From the IMG/VR virus record IMGVR_UViG_3300030620_000009, positions 1-50,670 of that record: DNA of 50,670 bases, one strand, 5' to 3'. Shown piece after piece: positions 1 to 8,174 of the stretch. Origin of the DNA: a virus. Its lineage: Duplodnaviria; Caudoviricetes. Numbering within the stretch: position 1 is the first letter of the stretch; every line of letters starts with the position of its first letter. The position numbers and the translations under genes were made by a program. Under the pieces are notes generated by a model. The model saw only the letters and a program-made list of their open reading frames with translations. It searched no databases and had not been told where the DNA came from.

Positions 1-361
1 GCTGCCACTCCTTCAGGGTGATCACTGCGTCATCCTTCCTGGGGGGTGGCACACCTCGCGTCTGGTAGACGTGTATTGCCGACATGGCCTCGTCCTCCCT
101 GAGGTTCGCGCGGATGATCACTGTCTCGTTCCACTCGACCATCCCCTCCACATGTGCGTCGTTGATCCGCTGGAGCTCGTGCCGAATCAGCGTCTGTAGC
201 GTCTCCGACTTGGACGTTTGCTCCAACGGTACCTCATAGGTACATGCGGCGCAATCGTCGCACGTTGGGGTAAGTTGACAAGTACACTCCTCGTCTCCAA
301 TCTCCAGGTAACCGTCGTGGATTCTCTCCCGAACCTCTGGGGTCTTGAGTCTACGTGCCAC
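1..361 (-). CDS. Cys-rich hypothetical protein, truncated by window edge (not in ORF track)
   Basis: GTG at 359-361 with SD AAAGGAG behind a leftward promoter; frame open to base 1: VARRLKTPEVRERIHDG...CTCQLTPTCDDCAACTYEVP. Confidence 0.75.
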   Translation of the reverse strand, partial: MARRLKTPEVRERIHDGYLEIGDEECTCQLTPTCDDCAACTYEVPLEQTSKSETLQTLIRHELQRINDAHVEGMVEWNETVIIRANLREDEAMSAIHVYQTRGVPPPRKDDAVITLKEWQ

Positions 362-403
362 TGAAACTCCTTTCGCTACCGCCACCTTTGTGGTTCTACA
401 TCA

Positions 404-433
404 ATTATAACATATCTCCCTATGGAACTGCAA
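404..433 (-). promoter_or_regulatory. sigma70-type promoter, leftward
   Basis: TTGCAG-18nt-TATAAT with TG extended -10 on minus strand. Confidence 0.8.
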
Positions 434-489
434 GTGGGCAACTTGGATGCCCTCAGCCGGCGAATCTCGTTTCGCCCGAAATGGACGGC

Positions 490-519
490 TTGCCTTCCCA
501 GGGGATTCTGTGTTATAAT
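490..519 (+). promoter_or_regulatory. sigma70-type promoter, rightward
   Basis: TTGCCT-18nt-TATAAT (CTGTGTTATAAT), followed by SD AAAGGAGG. Confidence 0.85.
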
Positions 520-548
520 TGATCCAGAAAGGAGGTAAGCGTCACAGG

Positions 549-1184
549 ATGGCGAACAGAATGACACCAGTCCAAGCGGCGAAGATGCTTGGCATCCGTC
601 CACAGATCGTGTATGGGTTCATTCGATCGACCCGGATCGGCACCTACAGCAATCCAGCAGGCAAGACTGCTTTAGTCGACCTTGACGAGGTTGCGAGGGT
701 AGCTGGAGGTGTAAGGCACCATCGAGAGAAGGACCCTGCGACTGGGAAGCCGGTTCGGAAAGCTCCTCCCGTATCGCGTGGTTCGGTCGTTTCTTACCAC
801 GGATACATCAAGGGAATCCGGAAGCAGCGGGAGAAGCCACACAAGGTCGCAGTGGTCACTGAAGTCGTCAACAACGACGACGGGCAGCCGACCTTGATCG
901 CGACCAGGCGTGGAGAGTCTGCTACTATGTATTGGGAGGCAGAGGCTCTCGCGGAACGAATCGCAAAGGGTGCGTGCCATATCGAGTCAGCGGAGACGCT
1001 CCTTGGTGTGATCATGTACTCGTGGACCCACACGGAGAAGATCGAGTTGGCGGCCAGTCTACAATTGTGGGCCGAGGCCAATAAGGTCGATGTTCCCGTC
1101 ATCGAAGAGAAGGAGGCCGAGCAGGACGCTGAGCCGACGGAACCTGAACCAGAACCAGAACCGGAGTATAATACTCCGGAGTAA
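549..1184 (+). CDS. N-terminal excisionase/MerR-like HTH protein with acidic EP-repeat tail
   Basis: MTPVQAAKMLGIRPQIVYGFIR resembles HTH_17; SD AAGGAGGT before ATG 549. Confidence 0.6.
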   Translation: MANRMTPVQAAKMLGIRPQIVYGFIRSTRIGTYSNPAGKTALVDLDEVARVAGGVRHHREKDPATGKPVRKAPPVSRGSVVSYHGYIKGIRKQREKPHKVAVVTEVVNNDDGQPTLIATRRGESATMYWEAEALAERIAKGACHIESAETLLGVIMYSWTHTEKIELAASLQLWAEANKVDVPVIEEKEAEQDAEPTEPEPEPEPEYNTPE

Positions 1185-1196
1185 GAAAGGAGCAAC

Positions 1197-1634
1197 ATGC
1201 CGACGTGGGCTGAGGATGTTGCGACCGAGATCCGAAGGGGCCTCGTCTCCGAGGAGGATATGGACCTCATCGTGCGAGCCATTTCGGACGGTCGCGAGCG
1301 TCTTGCAGCACGCAAGATCCGTGAGATCCGACCTGGTGATGTTGTCCGGTTCGTGAAACTTGGCATGGGTGCTAAGTACATGAACGGGCACACCGCCATC
1401 GTGGAGTCGATCAACTGGAAGACGGTGTGGGTAAGGCTTACACCAGACTCCAAAGCGGCTCTGTCGGGAACGCGATTCGGGCGTTCAAGCAAGATCAAGG
1501 TGTATCCGAACAACATCGAGCTGGCGTTCATCACTGGAACCAGCAGCGAGCCGCCACCGAAGTTGAAGGCAGTGAACCCAGACTGGGATAGCCCGGCAGG
1601 AGCCGGCGAAGATGTGGAGGCATACCGAGGATGA
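1197..1634 (+). CDS. hypothetical protein (SH3/KOW-like beta domain)
   Basis: SD AAAGGAG; IRPGDVVRF...GHTAIVESINWKTVWV pattern. Confidence 0.6.
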   Translation: MPTWAEDVATEIRRGLVSEEDMDLIVRAISDGRERLAARKIREIRPGDVVRFVKLGMGAKYMNGHTAIVESINWKTVWVRLTPDSKAALSGTRFGRSSKIKVYPNNIELAFITGTSSEPPPKLKAVNPDWDSPAGAGEDVEAYRG

Positions 1635-1905
1635 CCTCAAACGGATCCTGGTATCCGTGCCCACACTGTGGGCACTTGAATTCAGTGCGACGGACGCATT
1701 GCGGCAAGTGCAGAAGGAGACTCGCAGGATGAGGACCAACACGGCCCCAACTAACTACCACCAACTGAAGAATCGATGCCCGCGGTGCGGCCACAAGTTG
1801 GAGATGAAGGCCGCACTGTCCAACACATGCACCGTTCAGTTCAAGGACCCCAAACACCCGGAGACGCCTCTTCGATGTGACTGTCGCAAGCATCGACGCC
1901 CCTAG
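1612..1905 (+). CDS. small Zn-binding protein (start uncertain)
   Basis: CPRCGH...C...CDC motif. Confidence 0.5.
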   Translation: MWRHTEDDLKRILVSVPTLWALEFSATDALRQVQKETRRMRTNTAPTNYHQLKNRCPRCGHKLEMKAALSNTCTVQFKDPKHPETPLRCDCRKHRRP

Positions 1906-1914
1906 ACCTTGACC

Positions 1915-1986
1915 ATGAGACTCGTTCCGACAATCCTCTTCACCTTGTTGGTGTTCGTTTGGTTGACGACTCCAGCCCTCTACTAA
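1915..1986 (+). CDS. 23-aa hydrophobic micropeptide
   Basis: MRLVPTILFTLLVFVWLTTPALY fills the gap between neighbouring genes. Confidence 0.35.
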   Translation: MRLVPTILFTLLVFVWLTTPALY

Positions 1987-1992
1987 ACATCC

Positions 1993-2355
1993 ATGCCGCA
2001 CTATCCAACTAAGGCCGCACACATTCGAGCGCTCCTCGCCGAGGGCAAGTCCAAGTCGGAGGCTGCTAGGATCTCAGGCGCCTCATATCCCCAAGTCCAT
2101 GGGATCTACCAAGCGATGACTGGGACCCAACGGAGAGCAGCACTACAACAGCTCCTCCGTCAGGACACCGCGAAGCCCTTCAAACGTGGATCTCGCGTAG
2201 TGCACCAACGTCAGGTGAACCTCTACGACTTTGGCGTCGTCCTACGCTCTGGACCTCACACTACAGTCGTCAGGTTCAGCGGACGTAAACAACTAAGGGA
2301 CCCAGCGGTGTTACACACAAGGGATCTGATTCGTGCACCAGGGAGGAAGTTGTGA
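1993..2355 (+). CDS. HTH DNA-binding protein
   Basis: TKAAHIRALLAEGKSKSEAARISGASYPQVH; related to HTH repeats at 6162-6653. Confidence 0.65.
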   Translation: MPHYPTKAAHIRALLAEGKSKSEAARISGASYPQVHGIYQAMTGTQRRAALQQLLRQDTAKPFKRGSRVVHQRQVNLYDFGVVLRSGPHTTVVRFSGRKQLRDPAVLHTRDLIRAPGRKL

Positions 2356-2558
2356 CTCAGGCTAACAAGGCAAGTGTAAAGAGGATCTTAGACTCCCTTG
2401 AGAGTGTAGGACAATACGTCCATCCACTCCCCGAGGGAACTACAAACCACGACCGCCAGCTAATCCGACTTCACATTCGGAACACCGCCAGAAGATACGG
2501 GTTCCAGGTTACTACGAAGACGACTAAGGTCGACATCGTCGTTGACGTCGTCCGATGA
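2352..2558 (+). CDS. hypothetical protein
   Basis: GTGA coupling, SD GGAGG. Confidence 0.55.
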   Translation: MTQANKASVKRILDSLESVGQYVHPLPEGTTNHDRQLIRLHIRNTARRYGFQVTTKTTKVDIVVDVVR

Positions 2559-2560
2559 TG

Positions 2561-2961
2561 GACGGTGGAGATGGGGGAGATTCTCTCTCTCTCTATCTAT
2601 AGATCTCTCTGTCCTTGATCCTTCTCCCATCTCCTAATGTATCCTTCCCTCCTCTCCAAATTGCTGCTATAGAGAGAGAGAAAGAGAATCTCCCCCATCT
2701 CCCCCGTCTAGTAGTGATAAATTGACACATATCCGGAACGGTCATTCTCGAAAGGCAACAGTTCCCTTGACGCAACTCCGAATTCCCTTGTCCGAGAATC
2801 TCCCCAAGAATCTCCACCCACGTGTACCGAGAATCTCCCCCAATTCCCTGGATTCTCCACCCCGAGTTCGGGTCCGTACTCACATCCGCACGGGAACAAG
2901 AATCTCCCCCCATCTCCCCCGTCTTTGGGGAGATTCTCGGGACACGATGGGGGAGATTCTT
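2561..2961. repeat. probable replication origin: large inverted repeat plus about 8-9 iteron-like (G/A)AGAATCTCCCC copies in both orientations
   Basis: IR arms 2561-2596 and 2669-2708; further motif copies near 2794, 2807, 2829, 2898 (+) and 2927, 2949 (-); lies just upstream of the primase-helicase operon. Confidence 0.75.
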
Positions 2962-2988
2962 TCGCCTAGAGATGCCGAAAAGGCCCTC

Positions 2989-3018
2989 TTGTTTCTTGCC
3001 TAGGACCTGTGTTATAAT
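2989..3018 (+). promoter_or_regulatory. sigma70-type promoter
   Basis: TTGTTT-18nt-TATAAT (CTGTGTTATAAT). Confidence 0.75.
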
Positions 3019-3050
3019 AGGAGAGATCGCCAAACTAGAGAGGAGGACGC

Positions 3051-3413
3051 GTGCCAGAGGTCGCATCGCCATCGTTACAGCGGACTATCCTGCGGCTTGT
3101 ACAAACACACGGAACCATCGAGCGGAGCATCTTGGGGCTTAGGTCGCGCAGCTACGACATGGATAACTGGGAAGCTGTGCTCGATGATTTAGTCGACCGA
3201 GGACTGATCACTGAAGACGCGCACATCCGTGTCGGCAAGAACTCGCGGCGCGGGCAGAAGCGGGCCGTCATCATCTACCGCCTTGGCGGGAATGTCCTTC
3301 TGGACCCTGAGACGGATGTTCACTATGAGGTGCCAGACTTCACCGCCATGACTTCTGAGGAGGTGCAGCAGTTCGTCGGTAAGTTCCCACGGCAGACAGC
3401 CGTTGTATCCTAG
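3051..3413 (+). CDS. winged-helix-like protein, candidate origin-binding or regulatory protein
   Basis: SD GGAGG; LDDLVDRGLI...IIYRL wHTH-like pattern; sits between origin and primase. Confidence 0.5.
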   Translation: MPEVASPSLQRTILRLVQTHGTIERSILGLRSRSYDMDNWEAVLDDLVDRGLITEDAHIRVGKNSRRGQKRAVIIYRLGGNVLLDPETDVHYEVPDFTAMTSEEVQQFVGKFPRQTAVVS

Positions 3414-3422
3414 CCGCGGGAG

Positions 3423-5747
3423 ATGGTTACTCCCCGACTGTCGTCTGCCACGTTGCAGAACCTGAAGCAGTCGGGTCTTACGGAAGCAACCATTGTGGCG
3501 GCCGGGATCAAAGACGAAACGTCCGACGATACAACGGCCCAACTGTTGGCAAAGCACCGTATCGACGCCGGCTACTTCATTCCGTATCTCGACCTGAAAG
3601 GAACACCAACAGGGCACTACCGCATCCGTGTCCTCAAGGGAACACCAGGGTCTCCAAAGTATCTACAACCAGCGAAGGCAGGCAACCACGCTTATGTACC
3701 TGCAGGGCTTCCAGCTGATTGGGAGAAGGATCCTTCAATTCCGGTCGTCATTACTGAGGGAGAGAAGAAGGCACTTGCATCAGCCCAAGGTGGGTTCGTT
3801 ACAATTGGAGTCGGTGGTGTAGACTCATGGAGGTCACGGACGTTTAGGTTCCCTGTCTCAGCGGCATCTCGATCGGGGGATACCCTGATCATCCGTGTGG
3901 AGAATGGACATGCGTCAGAGATCCTGGAGGAAGTTGCACCAGAACTCCTCGAGGTCGAGTGGAACGAGCGACGTGTTGTCCTGATCTACGACAGCGACAC
4001 CAACAACAACCCCGATGTCCAAAGAGCAGCCTTCGACTTTGGTCTGTGGCTAGACATGCAAGGTGCCAAGACGGGCCAGTTCTTCCTCGAAGGGAACAAT
4101 CCCCACAAGGTTGGCCTCGACGATTGGCTCCTCGCCCCATCCAACGGCGAACACCTCTCCGAACTTCTGTATGATCCTGATATCCTCTTCCCCTTTCCAA
4201 TGCCCCCACACCCTCGTCACTTCATCCAGCGGGAGCTTGACGCCAGACCTACCCGTGGTCGCCAGCTCAGGGTCGCAAGAGCTTCCCTCGCGTGGCTCGA
4301 CTCCCAGGGTCGGCGGTACAAGGACTCCCAGGACAACTACTACTTCTTCGAAGAAGCCACTAAAGTTCTCCACCCCTTTCGCCTCGACCAACCAGCACAG
4401 CTACGACAATCCACCTTCGGCATGCTGCTCGTCAACCAACTAGGGATGCAAACCGCCGACACCAATGTTATGTCCAGACTCGGCGACTTGTTTGCCAGCT
4501 ACGAACCAATAACTCAAGTGTCTCCCCGCAGAGTGCTGTCGCATGAGTACGACACGGTCTATTACCAGATTGCCGACGGACGTATTGCACGCATTAGCGG
4601 GGACGGCGTTGAGTTCGTCGATAACGGTACAGACGGTCAGTTATTCCTGCCGGACGCTGTGGTGCCTGTAGATGAGGACGAGCTGGCGGCGGCACTGGCT
4701 CAGACAGGAACCTCGAGGCGTTGGTATGATGCGCTGGAGACTGTCAATCTGCGTCCGATGGGCAGCTTGACAATTGAGCAGACCCGCATCCTCTTAGCAA
4801 CCACATTCTACCTGTCACCGTGGCTTAGTCGGTGGCGCGGGATGATGATGCCTCTGGAGATTGCAGTAGCGGAGCCGAACAGTGGTAAGACATTCCTCTA
4901 CAACCTTCGCAAGGGAGTTCTCACTGGGCATCCTGACCTTGAGGGTCTGCAGGAAGACTTCCGAGGTTGGGTCTCCGCAATCTCTGCTGCGCCTGGAATG
5001 TGGGTCTGTGACAATCTTGGCAGTGTGCGAACGGACTTCTGGCATCGGCTCAACGACGAGCTGGCGCGTATCATTACAGACCCCAATCCAACCATCGAGC
5101 TCCGGAAGCTCTACACTACGTCCAGTGTGGCTCGAGTACCTATCAATACTACGTTCGCCATCACATCTATCAAGAACCCGTTTACTGCACCTGACATTCT
5201 TCAACGGTCTCTCATATTCGAACTTCAGGCCATCCCACTCGACCGACGAAACGGAAACTGGTACCGCGCCCGTATGGCTGCCAGAACGGAATGGTTAGCA
5301 GAACACTTGGTTGTCATCCAGAGGTTCTTGAAGCTCGTTGGTCGGAAGTGGCATCCTGATTACATCTCCGGGTATCGACTGGTGCACTTCGAGCAAGGCC
5401 TCCTTCGGATGGGTGAGGTCTTAGGATGGGGGTCAGAGATGCAGGAGATTGTGAAGGCCTTGCCTGGGGTCGTCGCAGCCACAGTAGCTGAATACGATCC
5501 CATCATTGAAGCCTTGGCCATGTTCACAGAGGAGTGGAAGAGACCAACTGCCTTTATCGGTGATGTTGTCGATTGGGTCCAGGGTGACATGGAGCGTCGC
5601 TACAGTGCCATCAAGACCCTCAGCAACACGATTCTACTGGGGAGGTACATCAAGAGCCATACGTACGACATCGAACAAGCAACTGGAATGACCATCACAC
5701 GACAACACAATACGACGATGCTGAAGATGCCGATGCCGGAGGAATAG
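3423..5747 (+). CDS. primase-helicase (DUF3854/TOPRIM plus C-terminal P-loop ATPase)
   Basis: PKYLQP, ITEGEKKA, GVGGVDSW, IYDSD, KVGLDDWL; Walker A AEPNSGKT, Walker B WVCDN, RKLYT. Confidence 0.85.
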   Translation: MVTPRLSSATLQNLKQSGLTEATIVAAGIKDETSDDTTAQLLAKHRIDAGYFIPYLDLKGTPTGHYRIRVLKGTPGSPKYLQPAKAGNHAYVPAGLPADWEKDPSIPVVITEGEKKALASAQGGFVTIGVGGVDSWRSRTFRFPVSAASRSGDTLIIRVENGHASEILEEVAPELLEVEWNERRVVLIYDSDTNNNPDVQRAAFDFGLWLDMQGAKTGQFFLEGNNPHKVGLDDWLLAPSNGEHLSELLYDPDILFPFPMPPHPRHFIQRELDARPTRGRQLRVARASLAWLDSQGRRYKDSQDNYYFFEEATKVLHPFRLDQPAQLRQSTFGMLLVNQLGMQTADTNVMSRLGDLFASYEPITQVSPRRVLSHEYDTVYYQIADGRIARISGDGVEFVDNGTDGQLFLPDAVVPVDEDELAAALAQTGTSRRWYDALETVNLRPMGSLTIEQTRILLATTFYLSPWLSRWRGMMMPLEIAVAEPNSGKTFLYNLRKGVLTGHPDLEGLQEDFRGWVSAISAAPGMWVCDNLGSVRTDFWHRLNDELARIITDPNPTIELRKLYTTSSVARVPINTTFAITSIKNPFTAPDILQRSLIFELQAIPLDRRNGNWYRARMAARTEWLAEHLVVIQRFLKLVGRKWHPDYISGYRLVHFEQGLLRMGEVLGWGSEMQEIVKALPGVVAATVAEYDPIIEALAMFTEEWKRPTAFIGDVVDWVQGDMERRYSAIKTLSNTILLGRYIKSHTYDIEQATGMTITRQHNTTMLKMPMPEE

Positions 5748-5749
5748 TA

Positions 5750-5857
5750 ATGAAAGTCGAACCTGGGCTGCTTGCCACGTGGGCACTAACCGTAGCCTTC
5801 ATTGTGCTGCTTGTCATGGTGGGAGTCATCATCTATAGCTACCTTCCTCATATGTGA
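5750..5857 (+). CDS. 35-aa single-TM micropeptide
   Basis: MKVEPGLLATWALTVAFIVLLVMVGVIIYSYLPHM; SD GGAGG; abuts primase stop. Confidence 0.55.
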   Translation: MKVEPGLLATWALTVAFIVLLVMVGVIIYSYLPHM

Positions 5858-5984
5858 CCAAACGAAAGCACGGCTTTGGCAGGCTTTCGATGGTCAAAGC
5901 GCGAAAGGGAAGGAGGTGCCTTATGCGGCGCGGGCGTTAGCCCATACCCATGCGCCTGTCTGTAAGTCACTCGAGCGCGACACT

Positions 5985-6021
5985 GGTGGGAGCCTACAGC
6001 AGGATAGGCTCCCACCTTCTT
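5985..6021 (+). terminator. rho-independent terminator
   Basis: 12-bp stem GGTGGGAGCCTA/TAGGCTCCCACC followed by TTCTT. Confidence 0.7.
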
Positions 6022-6048
6022 CACAGACTTGCGCCCCAAATTGCCCTC

Positions 6049-6078
6049 TTGCGTATCCAGATGGGTCTGTGTTATAAT
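6049..6078 (+). promoter_or_regulatory. sigma70-type promoter
   Basis: TTGCGT-18nt-TATAAT (CTGTGTTATAAT). Confidence 0.85.
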
Positions 6079-6161
6079 TAGGACAGTGAAGAGAAGGAAC
6101 TCACAAGAGGACCTTCCGCACGCCGCATAGGCCCGAAGGGGCCGGGAAGGAAGTGAATACG

Positions 6162-6653
6162 ATGGCACGAGGACAGGCAACTGCCGAGGCCCCGGCCGAG
6201 CCGACAACCGAGACTCAGGCCGCAGAACGGCCCGTCAAGGACGTCATTCGCGAGATGTTCGTGGCCGGCAAGTCCCGGAGTGAGATCGCCAAGGCCCTCA
6301 ATGTGTCCTACCAGCGAGTCTTCTCGCTGACCAAGGGGCAGAGCAACGCTGCCACCGCCGAAGGCGGAGCACGGCCGAAGGTCATCCTCGAGGGGCTCGA
6401 GGGCGAGATGGCTCGGTTCAACGGCGTCGCTCGGATCGAGGCGATTCGGACTCTCTTCGGTGAGGGCCACAAGGTCGGCGAAGTCGCCAAGATGGTAGGC
6501 ACGTCCTACCAGATCGTCTTCCAGGCCACACGGAATCTGCGCGAGGCCGCGAAGGCCGGCGAAGAGGCCGAGGGCGAGGAGGTCGAGGAGGGCGAGGCCG
6601 GCGAGGATCTCACCGAGGGCGAGTCGGACGAGGACGAGGACGACGAGTCCTAG
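6162..6653 (+). CDS. tandem double-HTH DNA-binding protein with acidic tail
   Basis: IREMFVAGKSRSEIAKALNVSYQRVF and IRTLFGEGHKVGEVAKMVGTSYQIVF; own promoter; strong GC3 codon bias. Confidence 0.8.
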   Translation: MARGQATAEAPAEPTTETQAAERPVKDVIREMFVAGKSRSEIAKALNVSYQRVFSLTKGQSNAATAEGGARPKVILEGLEGEMARFNGVARIEAIRTLFGEGHKVGEVAKMVGTSYQIVFQATRNLREAAKAGEEAEGEEVEEGEAGEDLTEGESDEDEDDES

Positions 6654-6684
6654 CAGCACCCCGTGGGGGAAGTTCCTGGCAAAG

Positions 6685-6719
6685 GCCCGAAGGAATCGGA
6701 AGGTTCCTTCGGGTCGTTT
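6685..6719 (+). terminator. hairpin, terminator or RNA stability element
   Basis: GCCCGAAGGAATC-GGAA-GGTTCCTTCGGGT stem with GNRA loop, weak U tract. Confidence 0.5.
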
Positions 6720-7122
6720 GCTCTGCCTGGATCCCGGCGAGACCGTAGGGTGGGCACTTTGGGACAGCGGTGACCTAATCGAGTGCGGGCAGTTTAGGGT
6801 GGCGGATACCCTAAACGAGCTTGTGATGTTTGTATCCGGAACTGCCCCTGACCAGATCGTAATGGAGAACTACCGTGTATATGGGCATCGTGCTCAGCAG
6901 CATGTAGGGTCCGAGGTAGTTACCATCCAATACATCGGGGTCATCAAGCTCGTTGCTGAACAACTCAAGATACCGATTACCCTGCAGATGGCTTGGCAAG
7001 CAAAGCAGTTCAACACGGATGCTAAGCTCCGTGCGTGGGGTCTGCATCGCCCGGGTATGGTGCATGCCAATGATGCCATTCGCCACGGGTGCTACTACTA
7101 CCTGTTCAACAAGGCCAGCTGA
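6718..7122 (+). CDS. RuvC-like Holliday junction resolvase (start uncertain, possibly CTG 6676)
   Basis: LDPGETVGWA, IVMENY, HANDAIRH RNase H-fold catalytic motifs. Confidence 0.8.
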   Translation: MLCLDPGETVGWALWDSGDLIECGQFRVADTLNELVMFVSGTAPDQIVMENYRVYGHRAQQHVGSEVVTIQYIGVIKLVAEQLKIPITLQMAWQAKQFNTDAKLRAWGLHRPGMVHANDAIRHGCYYYLFNKAS

Positions 7123-7143
7123 CCCCCTTCCTAATTTGCCCGC

Positions 7144-7173
7144 TTGACTTAGCCCTTGGACCTGTGTTATAAT
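7144..7173 (+). promoter_or_regulatory. sigma70-type promoter
   Basis: TTGACT-18nt-TATAAT (CTGTGTTATAAT). Confidence 0.9.
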
Positions 7174-7206
7174 AGATCTATACAGAAGTCCAGGGAAGGA
7201 GGGCGC

Positions 7207-7578
7207 GTGGTAAGGTGCTCAAGGTGTGGGCACACCATGAAGTGGTCCATCATAGGAATCCAGCCCTGTCAGAACTGTGGGCAGTTCCTGATAATGCCTG
7301 ACCTAGATGTAGCTAGGGCACTCGGGATCTTCGATGTGGACTATGTTCCACCATACATCTGGACGGTTAGGCAAGATGAAGCGGTCCTCATCTTCGATGG
7401 GTTACAGCTCCTAATGGACGTCTTCCAACACCATTTGGCTGACCACACCAGCCATAATGCACCCGATGAGTTGGTGGGGTCTCTGTCAGGGTCGTACGTG
7501 TATGCGAAGATGACCCGCGACAAGTTCCTCAAGATCGTTCCAGACCTTCTTCCGGTCCTAAAGGAACGTGATGGCTGA
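7207..7578 (+). CDS. Zn-ribbon protein
   Basis: CSRCG...CQNCG; SD GGAGG before GTG 7207. Confidence 0.6.
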   Translation: MVRCSRCGHTMKWSIIGIQPCQNCGQFLIMPDLDVARALGIFDVDYVPPYIWTVRQDEAVLIFDGLQLLMDVFQHHLADHTSHNAPDELVGSLSGSYVYAKMTRDKFLKIVPDLLPVLKERDG

Positions 7579-7786
7579 GAAGCACTGCCCCACATGTCGT
7601 TGTGACTACTTCTCGGTTGGGGAGCGTGTTGCTGCGTACGATCATCATGGGGTGCTTCTTGGTCGGGGCCGAGTGACCTCATCACAACGTATGAATGGGC
7701 TTTACATGAAGGTCAGACTTGATGGTGGCGTAGAAGCCATCGTCGCGCAGGAGTCGTGCAAACGACTTGTCCGGGTGAAAGCATGA
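7571..7786 (+). CDS. small SH3-like hypothetical protein
   Basis: coupled ORF; FSVGERV...GRV...VRLD. Confidence 0.5.
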   Translation: MAEKHCPTCRCDYFSVGERVAAYDHHGVLLGRGRVTSSQRMNGLYMKVRLDGGVEAIVAQESCKRLVRVKA

Positions 7787-7956
7787 TATTCCTCCTTGTA
7801 GTCGTCGGATCGTGGTTTCTCGCCACAGGGGCCTCTCTCGTCATTATCTGGACTACTGATCTACCAGCTCTTGAGACTACATCAACAGCCTTCCTGATTG
7901 GTGCGGTCTACGGAATCCTTCTGACCTCAGACCTGAAGAGATGGCGAAGACCATGA
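7783..7956 (+). CDS. small two-TM membrane protein
   Basis: ATGA coupling at both ends; two hydrophobic stretches. Confidence 0.55.
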   Translation: MIFLLVVVGSWFLATGASLVIIWTTDLPALETTSTAFLIGAVYGILLTSDLKRWRRP

Positions 7957-8174
7957 GAGACCTCAGAACACCAGCGGTGCGGGAGAAGATCCACGAGGGT
8001 GGAATGTTCGCCCAAATGATGAACGACCCAGGATGCTCATGTCAGGTCACAACCTGCCTTGAGTGTCCTGGATGCTCCTACGAAGTCCCGGAGGAACTCA
8101 TTGCTCATTGCCCCAAGTGCGGTGAAGCAATTGGTACCTACGGGTGGGACGGTGTAGAACTGTTCGAGTCATGA
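7953..8174 (+). CDS. Cys-rich protein, paralog of ORF 1-361
   Basis: RDLRTPAVREKIHEG...CSCQVTTCLECPGCSYEVP. Confidence 0.65.
   Translation: MRDLRTPAVREKIHEGGMFAQMMNDPGCSCQVTTCLECPGCSYEVPEELIAHCPKCGEAIGTYGWDGVELFES

Noticed and set aside
1139-1165. GAACCA tandem repeat as a contingency locus
   Set aside because: In-frame hexamer encoding an EPEPEP tail; length changes would not shift the frame.
2561-2961. CRISPR or guide-RNA array
   Set aside because: Repeats are short, irregularly spaced and in both orientations, with no constant-length spacers; iterons fit better. The ORFs called here look like shadows.
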